37,529 nt of DNA from Phycisphaerae bacterium (GTDB lineage: Bacteria > Planctomycetota > Phycisphaerae > UBA1845 > Fen-1342): positions 1 through 37,529 of the forward strand of contig JBHHZX010000001.1 in assembly GCA_046758265.1 (NCBI GenBank), given 5' to 3'. The stretch's first letter is position 1. Every line of letters starts with the position of its first letter. Of this stretch, positions 1 through 8,863 are shown piece after piece. The notes beneath the pieces are model-generated. The model was not told the origin of the DNA, searched no databases, and saw only the letters and a program-made list of their open reading frames with translations. Made by a program: the position numbers and the translations under genes.

Positions 1-52
1 TCGGTACGGGGCCCGCCTGCTACCTTTCTACGGCCGGTGCGGGGGCCGGCCG

Positions 53-1561
53 CTACTTCTCCGGCTCGCCGAAGACTTCCGCCTCAAACGAGTATATCTC
101 CGCCGCGGGGCGTCTCCAAGCGTCGAGCGGCAGGCCGGCCTTGCGACACGTCTGGCCCAGGAAGGTTTCGCGCGTCCAACCGCGCTCGTAGGCCACCTGC
201 GGCAGCAACACGCCCCGCTGCGGCCCCAGCGAGATGAGCAGCCCGTGCCGGCCTACAATAATCTCGCTGGTATCGACCACCCGTTTCATCGGCGTTAAAT
301 AGCTGATCTCGATATGGAGCTGATCCAACTCCTCGGCGGTGACCGGATTGTTGACAAAACGACGATCGCGACAAGCGGACGTCGCGTTGCGGACAACTGC
401 CTGATAGAGCGGCCCGTCGGCGACCATGTTGCCGATGCACCCACGCAGTCGGCCGCGGTTTTCCAACGTAACGAAGCAGGCGCCGTTGGCACGAAGCGCC
501 GCAGGAAGCTGGTCAGCATCAACATTCGGCGGTTGATTGCCGTTCAAAAATGCAACGACAGTCTGGCGCGCGATGCGAAGGAGCTCGGCGCGCTCCTCCT
601 CGCCGAGCCTCCCGGGTCGCGCTACAAACACCAGCGACTGATACGTGACGCTATTGGTCCAATTGTCGGTCATCCGGCCTGAAGTGTCGCAGGCGGCGCG
701 CACGCCCGCGGCTCCGCCGCGCATCGATAGGATGCGCAGCAGGAGCGTGATCGGGCCGCGGCCGCAGATCGTGTCTCGCGTCTTGGCGAGGTGCTCGACA
801 AAGCCGTCGTAATCGCAGCGAATGAGCGGCGCCGCGGCTTGTTCAGCAAGTCCGCGGATCTTGTCCGGTACGTCGTCCCTGAACGGCCGGTAGCCGTAGT
901 TCCGGCCGAAGTGTGTGAAATCGCTGCTGGCCACCAGCAAGGTATCTTCGTCGAGCCAGGGGAGGATCGCTTGGGCGGCCTCGGCGTAGTCGCGGTCCGA
1001 CATCCGCCCGACGAGCAGCGGGACCAGCGAAAACTCCTTGAGAACTCTCTGCAAGAACGGGAGCTGAAGCTCTAGGGAGTGCTCTCCGCGGTCAACCGCG
1101 GGGTTCGAGGTGAACAGTCGGTTGGCCAGCAGCCGGTCGCAAACCTCCCGGTCAATCGGGACCTCGCCGAGTGGCGTGGCGTAGGCCGTCAGACCCTTCG
1201 GCACGTCCACCCCTTGGTAGCGGCCGGCGCCCCGATGACTGAATGCCAGCACCACGACGCGCTTGTACGAATGCCCTCGCAAACATGCATACCCGGTTGC
1301 CGCTACGGGTGCGCTGAAGCGATAACCGGCGTGCGGACTGATCATTGCGATGGGCTTGCCGGAAGCGTCGGCTGGCGAGGCCCGCGCGAGCAAATCGTCA
1401 ACCTGTTTCGTCAATGCCGCCGCCCCGCCCGGGTACCAGGTGCCCGCGCAGTAGGCCGGGCGCACCTTCACGTTGTCTTGGGCGGCGGCAACCTGGCTGA
1501 GTAAGACCGGCCAGCTAGCACTGACCACGATTACCGATAGTATGGGACGTCGTGGGCACAT
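53..1561 (-). CDS. Memo-like (AmmeMemoRadiSam system protein B) fused to an AMMECR1 domain (protein A), with a signal-peptide-like N-terminus
   Basis: ORF 53..1603(-). The N-terminal half has Memo-type motifs (AGTWYP, ISPHAGY, SSDFTHFG). The C-terminal half has the AMMECR1 core (ACFVTLENRGRLRGCIGN ... GLLISLGPQRGVLLPQV). The track start at 1603 is TTG. The ATG at 1561 gives MCPRRPILSVIVVSASWPVLLSQVAAAQD. Confidence 0.85.
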   Translation of the reverse strand: MCPRRPILSVIVVSASWPVLLSQVAAAQDNVKVRPAYCAGTWYPGGAAALTKQVDDLLARASPADASGKPIAMISPHAGYRFSAPVAATGYACLRGHSYKRVVVLAFSHRGAGRYQGVDVPKGLTAYATPLGEVPIDREVCDRLLANRLFTSNPAVDRGEHSLELQLPFLQRVLKEFSLVPLLVGRMSDRDYAEAAQAILPWLDEDTLLVASSDFTHFGRNYGYRPFRDDVPDKIRGLAEQAAAPLIRCDYDGFVEHLAKTRDTICGRGPITLLLRILSMRGGAAGVRAACDTSGRMTDNWTNSVTYQSLVFVARPGRLGEEERAELLRIARQTVVAFLNGNQPPNVDADQLPAALRANGACFVTLENRGRLRGCIGNMVADGPLYQAVVRNATSACRDRRFVNNPVTAEELDQLHIEISYLTPMKRVVDTSEIIVGRHGLLISLGPQRGVLLPQVAYERGWTRETFLGQTCRKAGLPLDAWRRPAAEIYSFEAEVFGEPEK

Positions 1562-1875
1562 GTCTCGCAACTCCGCCGGCCCGAGCTCGCTAGTATACCA
1601 CAAGCGCCATGGCTCTCCGAAGCGCCCGTCTCTTGGCGTGCGATCACCCAGCGTCTCCAGAATTGCAGGGGTTTTTCGAGCGGCAGCTCCGACAAGGTGG
1701 GCTCACGACGCTTCGCCCCCAACGCGAAAAGAAGCTGAGCCTGTATGGGGTACCCAACTGACGATGTCGCCCCTTGTCGATCGTCAGGCGAGGACCGTGA
1801 GGGGCCCGGAAACCGTCGGACTCGGAGATCAGGCGTTGCAGGGAGCCCGCTTGCAGCGGATTCTTCGACGGGCTG

Positions 1876-3498
1876 CTACCCTTCGTACTCCTCGGCATAC
1901 AGTTCTGGATGCTTGCGCTCGCGAGCGGCTTCGCGCACGCGAAGCTCCTGCGCGTCTGCCCGCCTTTTCAACGCGCGTCGCACGGCCAGGTTTGCCCCGA
2001 CACCGATCACAATCCCAGCCGCCTGGGCCTTGTAAACCAGCAGGCAAACCACACCAGCGCAGACCGCCGCGATGGCCGAGGCGGCGAGCCAACTGAACAT
2101 CACCCAGATGGTCCGTGCCAGCTTCAGGTCGGCGTCGCCGCGCTGGAAGATGCGGTCGGCCAAGCCCGTCGCAAGGACGGCCGCGAATGCGACGTAGGTT
2201 GTCGAGACCGGCAGACCGAACCCCGACGCCGTCGCGATTACGCTCGCGGAAACCGCCAGAATCACACACGCCCGCAACGCGTCGAAATGCATGGTCTTGC
2301 CGGCGGGCGTGACCTCCGGCAACGGGGCCAGGACAGGCCGCCGGCCGCGAAAGCGCGACAGCAGGTGTCGCGCCAGCCCGATACACCAGCGCGGTGCCCA
2401 AAGGCGTACTTGATGGGCCATGCTTCCGCTGTGCACGGCCGTGCTGGTCACGCGTTGGGCGTTGCGGGTCGTCATGCCCAGCGCCATGAGTAACCCGCAC
2501 CCGGCCAGGGCCCACACTGGAATCGGAACGTTGGTCCCCACGACCACGCCGGCATCCCGGTGCTGAATCAAGTTCAGCGCGCCCAAGCCGGGGGCAGCGC
2601 AGTTGGCGAGGTCGTTCTGCCCAAAGGCGAAAGCCATCGCGAACGTACCGATGACTGCCAGCGCGGGGAACAGCCGCTTTGCGGCCCGCTTCCCGAATGC
2701 CGCGAGCAGCGCGTGAATCAGGATGCCGTACGCGGCCCACAACACAAGCAAAATGACGATAGGGCCATAGGCCTTGACCAATTCGGCCTCGGCCAATTTC
2801 TCGTTGAGGTGGTTCACGAAGCCGACCTGTGTCATGCCCTTGACGAGCATGAAGTACGTCAGCCCCGCCAGCATCCCGCCGCCGGTCCAGCTTCCGTGAG
2901 CCAGCAGGACGGCTAGGTTCGTGGTCCGATCGCGAATCGCCCCGCGCACGATGCGTTGGATGAAGAACGCCGCGATGCCAGTGATCAGAATGGAGCAGAC
3001 AATGGCAAACATCACCTTGCCAGCCGTGACCCAGCTCACCACGTCCCACTCGCCCAACTCCAGCGCCCCAAGCGCAAACGCCGCCCCGAGGAGCTCGAAC
3101 ACCAGGCACGCGGTAGTGCTCACGGGCATGCCGAACGCCGAGTAGCAATACAGCAGCACGGTATCGACGATGTAGACGGCGACGTACACCGCCAGGGCCA
3201 TCTCGATCGTCAACATGGTGGGATCGAAAATGCCCTTGCGGGCGGTGTCCATCACCGGGGAGGACGCCGACGCCCCGAGCACCACTGCCACGCCGGCCAG
3301 ATACACGGCGGCCCGCCGGCTCAAGACGCGCGCACCGAAGACGGCGTTGACCAGGTTGGCGGCGTCGTTTCGCCCAACCTCGATCGTGTCCCACAGCAGC
3401 ATGCCGAGCGCGACAGCGCCGGCACCAATCAGGAACAGGGTCTCGAAGGAACCCGTTCCCAGGAGCGGTTCGAGTGACCCGAGGAAGAAGACAGGCAC
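1876..3498 (-). CDS. Inorganic phosphate transporter, PiT (PHO4) family
   Basis: 540-aa polytopic membrane protein. It carries the duplicated PiT signature (GRNDAANLVNAVFG near the N-terminus, GQNDLANCAAP in the second half) and sits directly downstream of a DUF47 gene. Confidence 0.9.
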   Translation of the reverse strand: MPVFFLGSLEPLLGTGSFETLFLIGAGAVALGMLLWDTIEVGRNDAANLVNAVFGARVLSRRAAVYLAGVAVVLGASASSPVMDTARKGIFDPTMLTIEMALAVYVAVYIVDTVLLYCYSAFGMPVSTTACLVFELLGAAFALGALELGEWDVVSWVTAGKVMFAIVCSILITGIAAFFIQRIVRGAIRDRTTNLAVLLAHGSWTGGGMLAGLTYFMLVKGMTQVGFVNHLNEKLAEAELVKAYGPIVILLVLWAAYGILIHALLAAFGKRAAKRLFPALAVIGTFAMAFAFGQNDLANCAAPGLGALNLIQHRDAGVVVGTNVPIPVWALAGCGLLMALGMTTRNAQRVTSTAVHSGSMAHQVRLWAPRWCIGLARHLLSRFRGRRPVLAPLPEVTPAGKTMHFDALRACVILAVSASVIATASGFGLPVSTTYVAFAAVLATGLADRIFQRGDADLKLARTIWVMFSWLAASAIAAVCAGVVCLLVYKAQAAGIVIGVGANLAVRRALKRRADAQELRVREAARERKHPELYAEEYEG

Positions 3499-3543
3499 CG
3501 CGCTACATGCCCCTTTGCATCCGCACAGCGCTGAGGTCTGCGG

Positions 3544-4212
3544 CTATCGCGCCAACATTCGCCGCAACCGTTCGGCAGTCTTATCCGCGTGATTGGCTAA
3601 GGCACCAAGATTCTGGAAGATTCCCGACCAGAGGAAGAGGTCCGTGGGCTTCAACTCGTCCTCCAGGGCAAACAGACGTTGAGCGAGCTTGTACTGCAGT
3701 TTGTCCGCGACCCACTCCTCATGCTCCGCCTCACCCACGAGCGTCATGACCTGTTCGCCCCGCGGGCCGGTGAAATCCGCCTCCACCAGGTCTTTCAGCA
3801 AATCCACGCCCTCGTAGAGTTTTTGGCAAACCTTCAGTACCTGTCGGACGTACGCCAGCACGTCGTCGGTCAGCGCGTCGGGCAGCGTCAGCCTCTTGAT
3901 CGTTAGCTGTACGGCCAGGTCTTCCGCGGTGTCGGCCAGGTCGTCCTGTACGTGCACGAAGGCCAACAGGTCGCCGCGGAAAACCGGCAGCGAGAACGCT
4001 TTCGGGATCGTTCGGCGGATTTCGGCCTTGACCTTGTCGGCCTCATGCTCCGCTTTGAAAACGTCCTCCGTGAGTTGCTTGAGCTTGTCGTGCTCGCCGG
4101 CCCGGACGCACTCGAACATCGGCATGACGAGGTCCACGCATGTTCGCACATGTCTCATGTGCTCGGCGAGCGGCTCGAAGGGCGATTGTTCACGCCAGTC
4201 CAAGATGCCCAT
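3544..4212 (-). CDS. DUF47 / PhoU-like phosphate transport regulator (TIGR00153-type)
   Basis: 222-aa helical protein (..FKAEHEADKVKAEIRRTIPKAF..LPVFRGDLL..VQDDLADTAEDLA..). Its position upstream of a PiT gene on the same strand with a 45-nt gap is the classic arrangement. Confidence 0.85.
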   Translation of the reverse strand: MGILDWREQSPFEPLAEHMRHVRTCVDLVMPMFECVRAGEHDKLKQLTEDVFKAEHEADKVKAEIRRTIPKAFSLPVFRGDLLAFVHVQDDLADTAEDLAVQLTIKRLTLPDALTDDVLAYVRQVLKVCQKLYEGVDLLKDLVEADFTGPRGEQVMTLVGEAEHEEWVADKLQYKLAQRLFALEDELKPTDLFLWSGIFQNLGALANHADKTAERLRRMLAR

Positions 4213-4581
4213 CAGAAGCCCTTTTCAACCTCGCAACTATCTACCTTACAGCGAGTTACGGTGATCGCTCCCGGGCGGAACCTCAGGTTACCGGCGTCCT
4301 GTGGTCGCGACGCAGGACATCGTTACACGTCATGCGTCTCCGGTCAACCCTATACCCACCGCGTCACTGTAAGAAGCGGGCCTCGCCCGGGGGCGACAAT
4401 TGCGGCCGCAACGGCCTTTTCAGAAAGCTGCGGTAGACAACGGCCCGACAGCAGTTCCGGATCGCATCGGAATGCTGCTCCACGTGTGTCGCGCTCGCTG
4501 CGGCAGCAGCGAACTGGTCGCCGCTCGTACCCCCATCGCTGGTTATTTCATCCTGGCAATTCGCGTGACCGCTGCTAAGAC

Positions 4582-4662
4582 CCTATCCCAGGACTGTGGG
4601 ACAGGTTTGTAACCTGTCTCCTGACCGGTTGGAAACCGGTCCCACAGGGGTTGTGGGATAGG
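4582..4662. repeat. Nested palindromic element (multi-hairpin) in the intergenic region
   Basis: Outer inverted repeat cctatccca (4582-4590) / tgggatagg (4654-4662). Second inverted repeat ctgtgggac (4594-4602) / gtcccacag (4639-4647). Two inner 8-bp hairpins: gacaggtt-tgt-aacctgtc (4600-4618) and gaccggtt-gga-aaccggtc (4623-4641). Confidence 0.6.
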
Positions 4663-4757
4663 TTCTAAAGGAACCTGGCGCTGAGCCGCGCAAGAAATCC
4701 AGGATCGCAACTTCGTCGGCCGGTCACCTTTTCGCCGATTGACAGCTCAACGGCTCA

Positions 4758-5840
4758 TCAGTCGATGCGCTCCGCCAGCCAGTTCCGCAGGTATTCGAAC
4801 GGGTCGCCCAGCGCGCTGGCCGCAGCGCGAAAGACATTCAGCGCTGCGGACCAGTCCTCGCCGAGAGCCTCGTACACGGCCTCGAAGGTCGCCAGATCGA
4901 GATTGTAGCGGTATCGCACACGCACCCAGGCGTTGTTGGTCGGCAGATTTGCATAACCCTCGAACCACTCAGGATGAGTCAGCGTCGGTTGCACTTCGTT
5001 GACGAACCGATCGCGCTGGGCCTGGTAAACCGTTTCGCGCCCGGCGATCTTTTCTTCCGCACTCAGCGGCCGCGCGTAGTAGGCTTCCAACTCCTCGTAC
5101 AGCTCGAACAAGAAGCTGCTCACCGCGTCAACGTCGGCGTAGTAGACGGCGGCGAACTCCGGCCAGCCCGAATCGTCACCAAGCTCCGCGCGCAGAAATT
5201 CCACCGCCGCCGTCCGACTCACAAACACCGCCAGCGATTCGTTGAACACCTCCGCACTCGGCCGCCAGATCGTGTTGTGCAGCAGCTCGTGGAAGATCGT
5301 CTCAGCGGCCGACAAGGCGTTCCGCCGCAACATCGGCGAGCGGACGGGGTCTTCAAAGAAACCCAGTGTGCTGTACGCGTCTGCCTCGTAGGTATAGGTG
5401 TCAAGCCCGGCATCAATCAGCTCTTGTTCAACCCGCCGCAGATACTGCTCGTCGAAGAACAGCAGATGCTCCGCTTCGCCGAAGATCGGGAATGCCCACT
5501 TCTTCGGCTCTAGCGCGTCCCGCCGGACAGCCGAGAGGCTGAATACAACCGGATCACCCGCGCTGTCATAAAACGTGGTGTATGAGTTACCGGCGACCAG
5601 GCCGATTTCATCGACGGCGTACTCTCGCGCTTTCACAATCAGTCGCAGTGTTGCATCTTCTTGTTCGGAAAGCCGTCCCGACGCCAGCACGTCCTCGATC
5701 GGTTCCGTTTCGCCTTGGATGCGAAGCTGGCCCTCGGCCGCATGCAGCAGGTACGTGAGGCCCTCACACCCGGCGAGAAAGCAGAGCGACACGATCAGCG
5801 TCAGAGCGACTGGGCAGATGCGGCGTCGCAGCAGCTTCAT
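4758..5840 (-). CDS. Predicted zinc aminopeptidase (DUF2265/COG4324-like) lipoprotein
   Basis: ORF 4758..6011(-). The internal ATG at 5840 gives MKLLRRRICPVALTLIVSLCFLAGCEG (lipobox LAGC). HEXXH motif present (FHELLHNT). The overall pattern resembles the predicted-aminopeptidase family, judged from memory. Confidence 0.7.
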   Translation of the reverse strand: MKLLRRRICPVALTLIVSLCFLAGCEGLTYLLHAAEGQLRIQGETEPIEDVLASGRLSEQEDATLRLIVKAREYAVDEIGLVAGNSYTTFYDSAGDPVVFSLSAVRRDALEPKKWAFPIFGEAEHLLFFDEQYLRRVEQELIDAGLDTYTYEADAYSTLGFFEDPVRSPMLRRNALSAAETIFHELLHNTIWRPSAEVFNESLAVFVSRTAAVEFLRAELGDDSGWPEFAAVYYADVDAVSSFLFELYEELEAYYARPLSAEEKIAGRETVYQAQRDRFVNEVQPTLTHPEWFEGYANLPTNNAWVRVRYRYNLDLATFEAVYEALGEDWSAALNVFRAAASALGDPFEYLRNWLAERID

Positions 5841-6285
5841 GCACAGGCTCCTTGTACTGTCGGTTCCGTAACGGCGAGGAATCGCTCGCGGCGACGTCCA
5901 GACAAATTGTATGGTTCGTGGCAACGGGGGAAGTTCTCGTAAATCGTAACGGAGGCGGCTGGCGAGCAAAGGTCCTCGCTGTGGACAGCCGCTCGACGGA
6001 AGTAGCTGCACGGCACCACAGTTCGGCCCGCACCCGCACGACCAGTCGACCGCTTCCCGAAGTCGATGGATCGACGAGCTTGCGCCTCGCGGCGTGCAAG
6101 TGGCAGGCCCAGGGAAAAACTTGGCTTTTCACCGATATGGGCTGCCGGTCGCTAAGCTTCGGCGAAGCAGTGGGTCAGCCCATCCCGCGCAGCTTCTAGT
6201 ATTACGCACTTTCACGGGCTTTATAGGCCGCACCACCGGACGCAGGTGGGTACACTACTTCAGCGTTCGGCGTGAGTTATGCAAA

Positions 6286-6359
6286 TGGGCGATACAGGAC
6301 TTGAACCTGTGACCTCTTGCATGTCGAGCAAGCGCTCTAGCCAACTGAGCTAATCGCCC
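6286..6359 (-). tRNA. tRNA-Val (anticodon GAC)
   Basis: The reverse complement GGGCGATTAGCTCAGTTGGCTAGAGCGCTTGCTCGACATGCAAGAGGTCACAGGTTCAAGTCCTGTATCGCCCA folds as a full 74-nt cloverleaf. The anticodon loop is TCGACAT. CCA is not encoded. Confidence 0.9.
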
Positions 6360-6591
6360 ACTAGGATTAGCGGACCCTTGGCCCGCCACTCAACGCTAAT
6401 CGTGGCACTCCCCGCGCATTCTGTCAAGCGACCGGCACGATCCGCAACTGGTGGCGTACTTTGGGCCGACCTGGCGGTACCGAGCCTGCCTTGCTCTTTT
6501 ACAAGCGTTTGCTTCTCAGGTGATCGATTCCCATCCTTAAGATGGGAGAAGTTCGCAACGTGGATGCGGGGCCGGCGGCAGGGAAGCAAAC

Positions 6592-8205
6592 ATGGGCCGC
6601 GATAGATCGCGACTTGCTGGGGCCGAACCAACACTGCCGGCGGGAGCAGCACGCCTCCGGATCGCTGCCCCTGCGGGCCAGCCGACCGCACACGTCGAAA
6701 CCTGCCAACCGGTGACGCTCATTGGCAGCCGCCGCGACTGCGATCTGTTCATCGGCCAGGACGACGTCTCGAAAACTCACTGCGCGCTGGTCAACACCGG
6801 GTCGGCGATCATCGCGTCCGACTTGTGCAGCCGGTGCGGCACGTTCGTTAACGGGCAGCGCATCTCCGCCGCCGCCCTTCATCCGGGGGACGAATTCCAC
6901 GTGGGCTCGGTGCCCGTCGAGGTGCGGTTCCTCGACGCACCCGCCGGTTCGGCCACGGGTGCCGCCTGCGAGAACGACGCGGATAGCGGCCTGCCGGCTC
7001 CGCTGCGGTTGAACGGTGCCGAGCAGGAATATGAGCTGGCGGCGCTGCCGGCGGTGATTGGGCGTCGCCACGCGTGCCAGGTCTTGCTCGACACGCCGGA
7101 CGTTTCGCTCGCCCACGCCCTGCTCTTCACGATTGGGGGCTGCCCTGCGATCTTCGACCTCGGCAGTCGCTCCGGGACCTATCTCAACAGCGAGCGCGTC
7201 ACGCTGGCCTGGCTGCGTGACGGCGACCGGCTCTGCATCGGTGGCGAGGAGCTGTCGCTCGTTTGGGAAGGGCCCCAGTTTGCCAAGTGCGAAGTGAGTG
7301 TGACCGAGGCCGCTGGTGTGACGGACTCTCTGGATGCGGGCGACACCGCCGCTCCTCTTCAACTGAACAGCCTCGAGGACCTCGGTTCGATGATCGAGGG
7401 TTTGAAGGCGGAGATCAGCGCGTCGCAGGCGCGCCTGGATGAACGCGCTACCGTGCTCCAGCAACGCGAACTGGAACTGGAACAGCGAAGCGCTGAGTTG
7501 GAGCCGGATCGCACGCGACTCACGGTAGAAAAGCAACAGTGCGAGCAGCAGGCCGCCGAGTTGCGTGCGGCAAGGTCTGACCTGGAACAGGAGCGGGCCC
7601 GTTTCAATGCCCAGCGGGCCCAATTCGAGCATGAGCGGGCGCAGCTCGACACCGAACGGGCCGAGTTGGAACGGCGGCTCGCCGAATACGAGGCGATGGC
7701 CGACGGACTGAAGGCACGTGAGGTTGCGCTCGATGAACGCCAGGCCACGCTTGCGGCGGCAGAGCAGCGGCTGGCCAGAAAGCAGGCCGAACTCGCCGAA
7801 CGCGAGATCGCCAATGCTGATGCAGCCCAAAGAATCGAGCGGTTCAACGACGCGTTGACTGTGGCGCGACGGGTCTTCGCTTCGGTCGGGACGTTTTCGG
7901 AACAGCCGGGGGTTTCGGGTGCGTTGCCCATCGTGCCTGCCGGCCCGGCACGCCAGCCAGACCGCCAAGAGCCGCCCGCGACCGGGAGCCCCCCGGCCGG
8001 CGGAAGTTTGCCGGCGCCACTGGTCGACGAGCCGTTATTCGCCGGCCTCGATGCCGGTTCGCCCGAGCAATGGTCGCACGAGCTACTGGAACGCCTGCGG
8101 TCCCTTCGCCGCGAGAGCGGCAAGAGCGATGCCGACGTGATGTTGCAGATTCTGTCAGAGTTCCGGGCCTGGCAATCCGGCGACCGCGCGTCGTCCGGCA
8201 ACTGA
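6592..8205 (+). CDS. Protein with two FHA domains and a long coiled-coil
   Basis: Two FHA-like modules are present (..VTLIGSRRDCDLFIGQDDVSKTHCALVN..GTFVNGQRI.. and ..AVIGRRHACQVLLDTPDVSLAHALLF..GTYLNSERV..). They are followed by an E/R/Q/A-rich heptad-like region (..LEQERARFNAQRAQFEHERAQLDTERAELERRLAEYE..). Confidence 0.8.
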   Translation: MGRDRSRLAGAEPTLPAGAARLRIAAPAGQPTAHVETCQPVTLIGSRRDCDLFIGQDDVSKTHCALVNTGSAIIASDLCSRCGTFVNGQRISAAALHPGDEFHVGSVPVEVRFLDAPAGSATGAACENDADSGLPAPLRLNGAEQEYELAALPAVIGRRHACQVLLDTPDVSLAHALLFTIGGCPAIFDLGSRSGTYLNSERVTLAWLRDGDRLCIGGEELSLVWEGPQFAKCEVSVTEAAGVTDSLDAGDTAAPLQLNSLEDLGSMIEGLKAEISASQARLDERATVLQQRELELEQRSAELEPDRTRLTVEKQQCEQQAAELRAARSDLEQERARFNAQRAQFEHERAQLDTERAELERRLAEYEAMADGLKAREVALDERQATLAAAEQRLARKQAELAEREIANADAAQRIERFNDALTVARRVFASVGTFSEQPGVSGALPIVPAGPARQPDRQEPPATGSPPAGGSLPAPLVDEPLFAGLDAGSPEQWSHELLERLRSLRRESGKSDADVMLQILSEFRAWQSGDRASSGN

Positions 8206-8507
8206 AGAAAGAGACGAGAGCCTGTCTGGTCCTCAAAATCAGCGGCAACGCAGCATCCAGACCATTTACATTCGTCGCGGACGCGCGAATGGTCGGGCAA
8301 AGGAACCGCGTCCTGATCTCCTCGGCAGATTTCCGGCGGTTCACGTGAAAACGCCGCACGACGCGGGTATACTACTTGGGTATCGGGGTGCGGCATGAAC
8401 CGCTGGCGAGAGCCGGGCGCCCAAGGCCGCGGCCGGAAGCTTGGCGGTCAATGGTTTCGCGTTGAAGCCGCCGCGACACGATCTTTGAGAACTGGTTTTC
8501 AGCCGAC

Positions 8508-8863
8508 GGGGGCGACCGGTTTCGACCGGGCAGGTTGAGGTCTGGGTGGCGTGTCGAGGTTGTCAGGAGGCCTCGTAAAACACCTGGCACAACGATTACA
8601 TGCCAATAATGGCTACCGTTTGGCTGCCTAAATAAGGCAGTCCGTCGGCCGGCGACGCCTGCTAGCCGGTACCGACGACGACCAGCAGGCTGGCTCTTAC
8701 GTTCCGGTCCGGCGGCGTAGGAGCGAGAAGCAGCCGGGCTCGGCCCGCGGATGACCTGTCGGTTGGTCTGCCATGGGCCCAAACCCGCGAAGTAGACCGA
8801 CTACGCACGTAGAGGCCTAGGCTGAAATGCTTCGGGACGGGGGTTCGATTCCCCCCGCCTCCA
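8508..8863 (+). ncRNA. ssrA: tmRNA (transfer-messenger RNA)
   Basis: The 5' end GGGGGCGACCGGTTTCGACCGGG pairs with the 3' end GGACGGGGGTTCGATTCCCCCCGCCTCCA, giving an acceptor stem with a G3:U pair and a T-arm. The internal tag frame at 8602-8631 reads gcc aat aat ggc tac cgt ttg gct gcc taa = ANNGYRLAA*. The stop codon lies in the loop of a ctgcc/ggcag hairpin. Confidence 0.9.

Noticed and set aside
1829-3394. 521-aa ORF on the minus strand overlapping the PiT gene in another frame
   Set aside because: The Arg/Gly/Pro-rich composition is typical of out-of-frame shadow ORFs in high-GC DNA. The overlapping frame has clear PiT motifs.
6349-6402. Short repeats of gctaatc(g) at 6349, 6395 and inverted at 6365, next to the 5' end of tRNA-Val
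   Set aside because: At only 7-8 nt they are too short to distinguish from chance. No integrase or other island signature is nearby.
6499-8396. Long minus-strand ORFs (6499..7968 and 7359..8396) antisense to the FHA/coiled-coil gene
   Set aside because: They are low-complexity R/A/S/L-rich translations mirroring the repetitive coiled-coil codons. They have no recognisable motifs, whereas the plus frame has two FHA domains.
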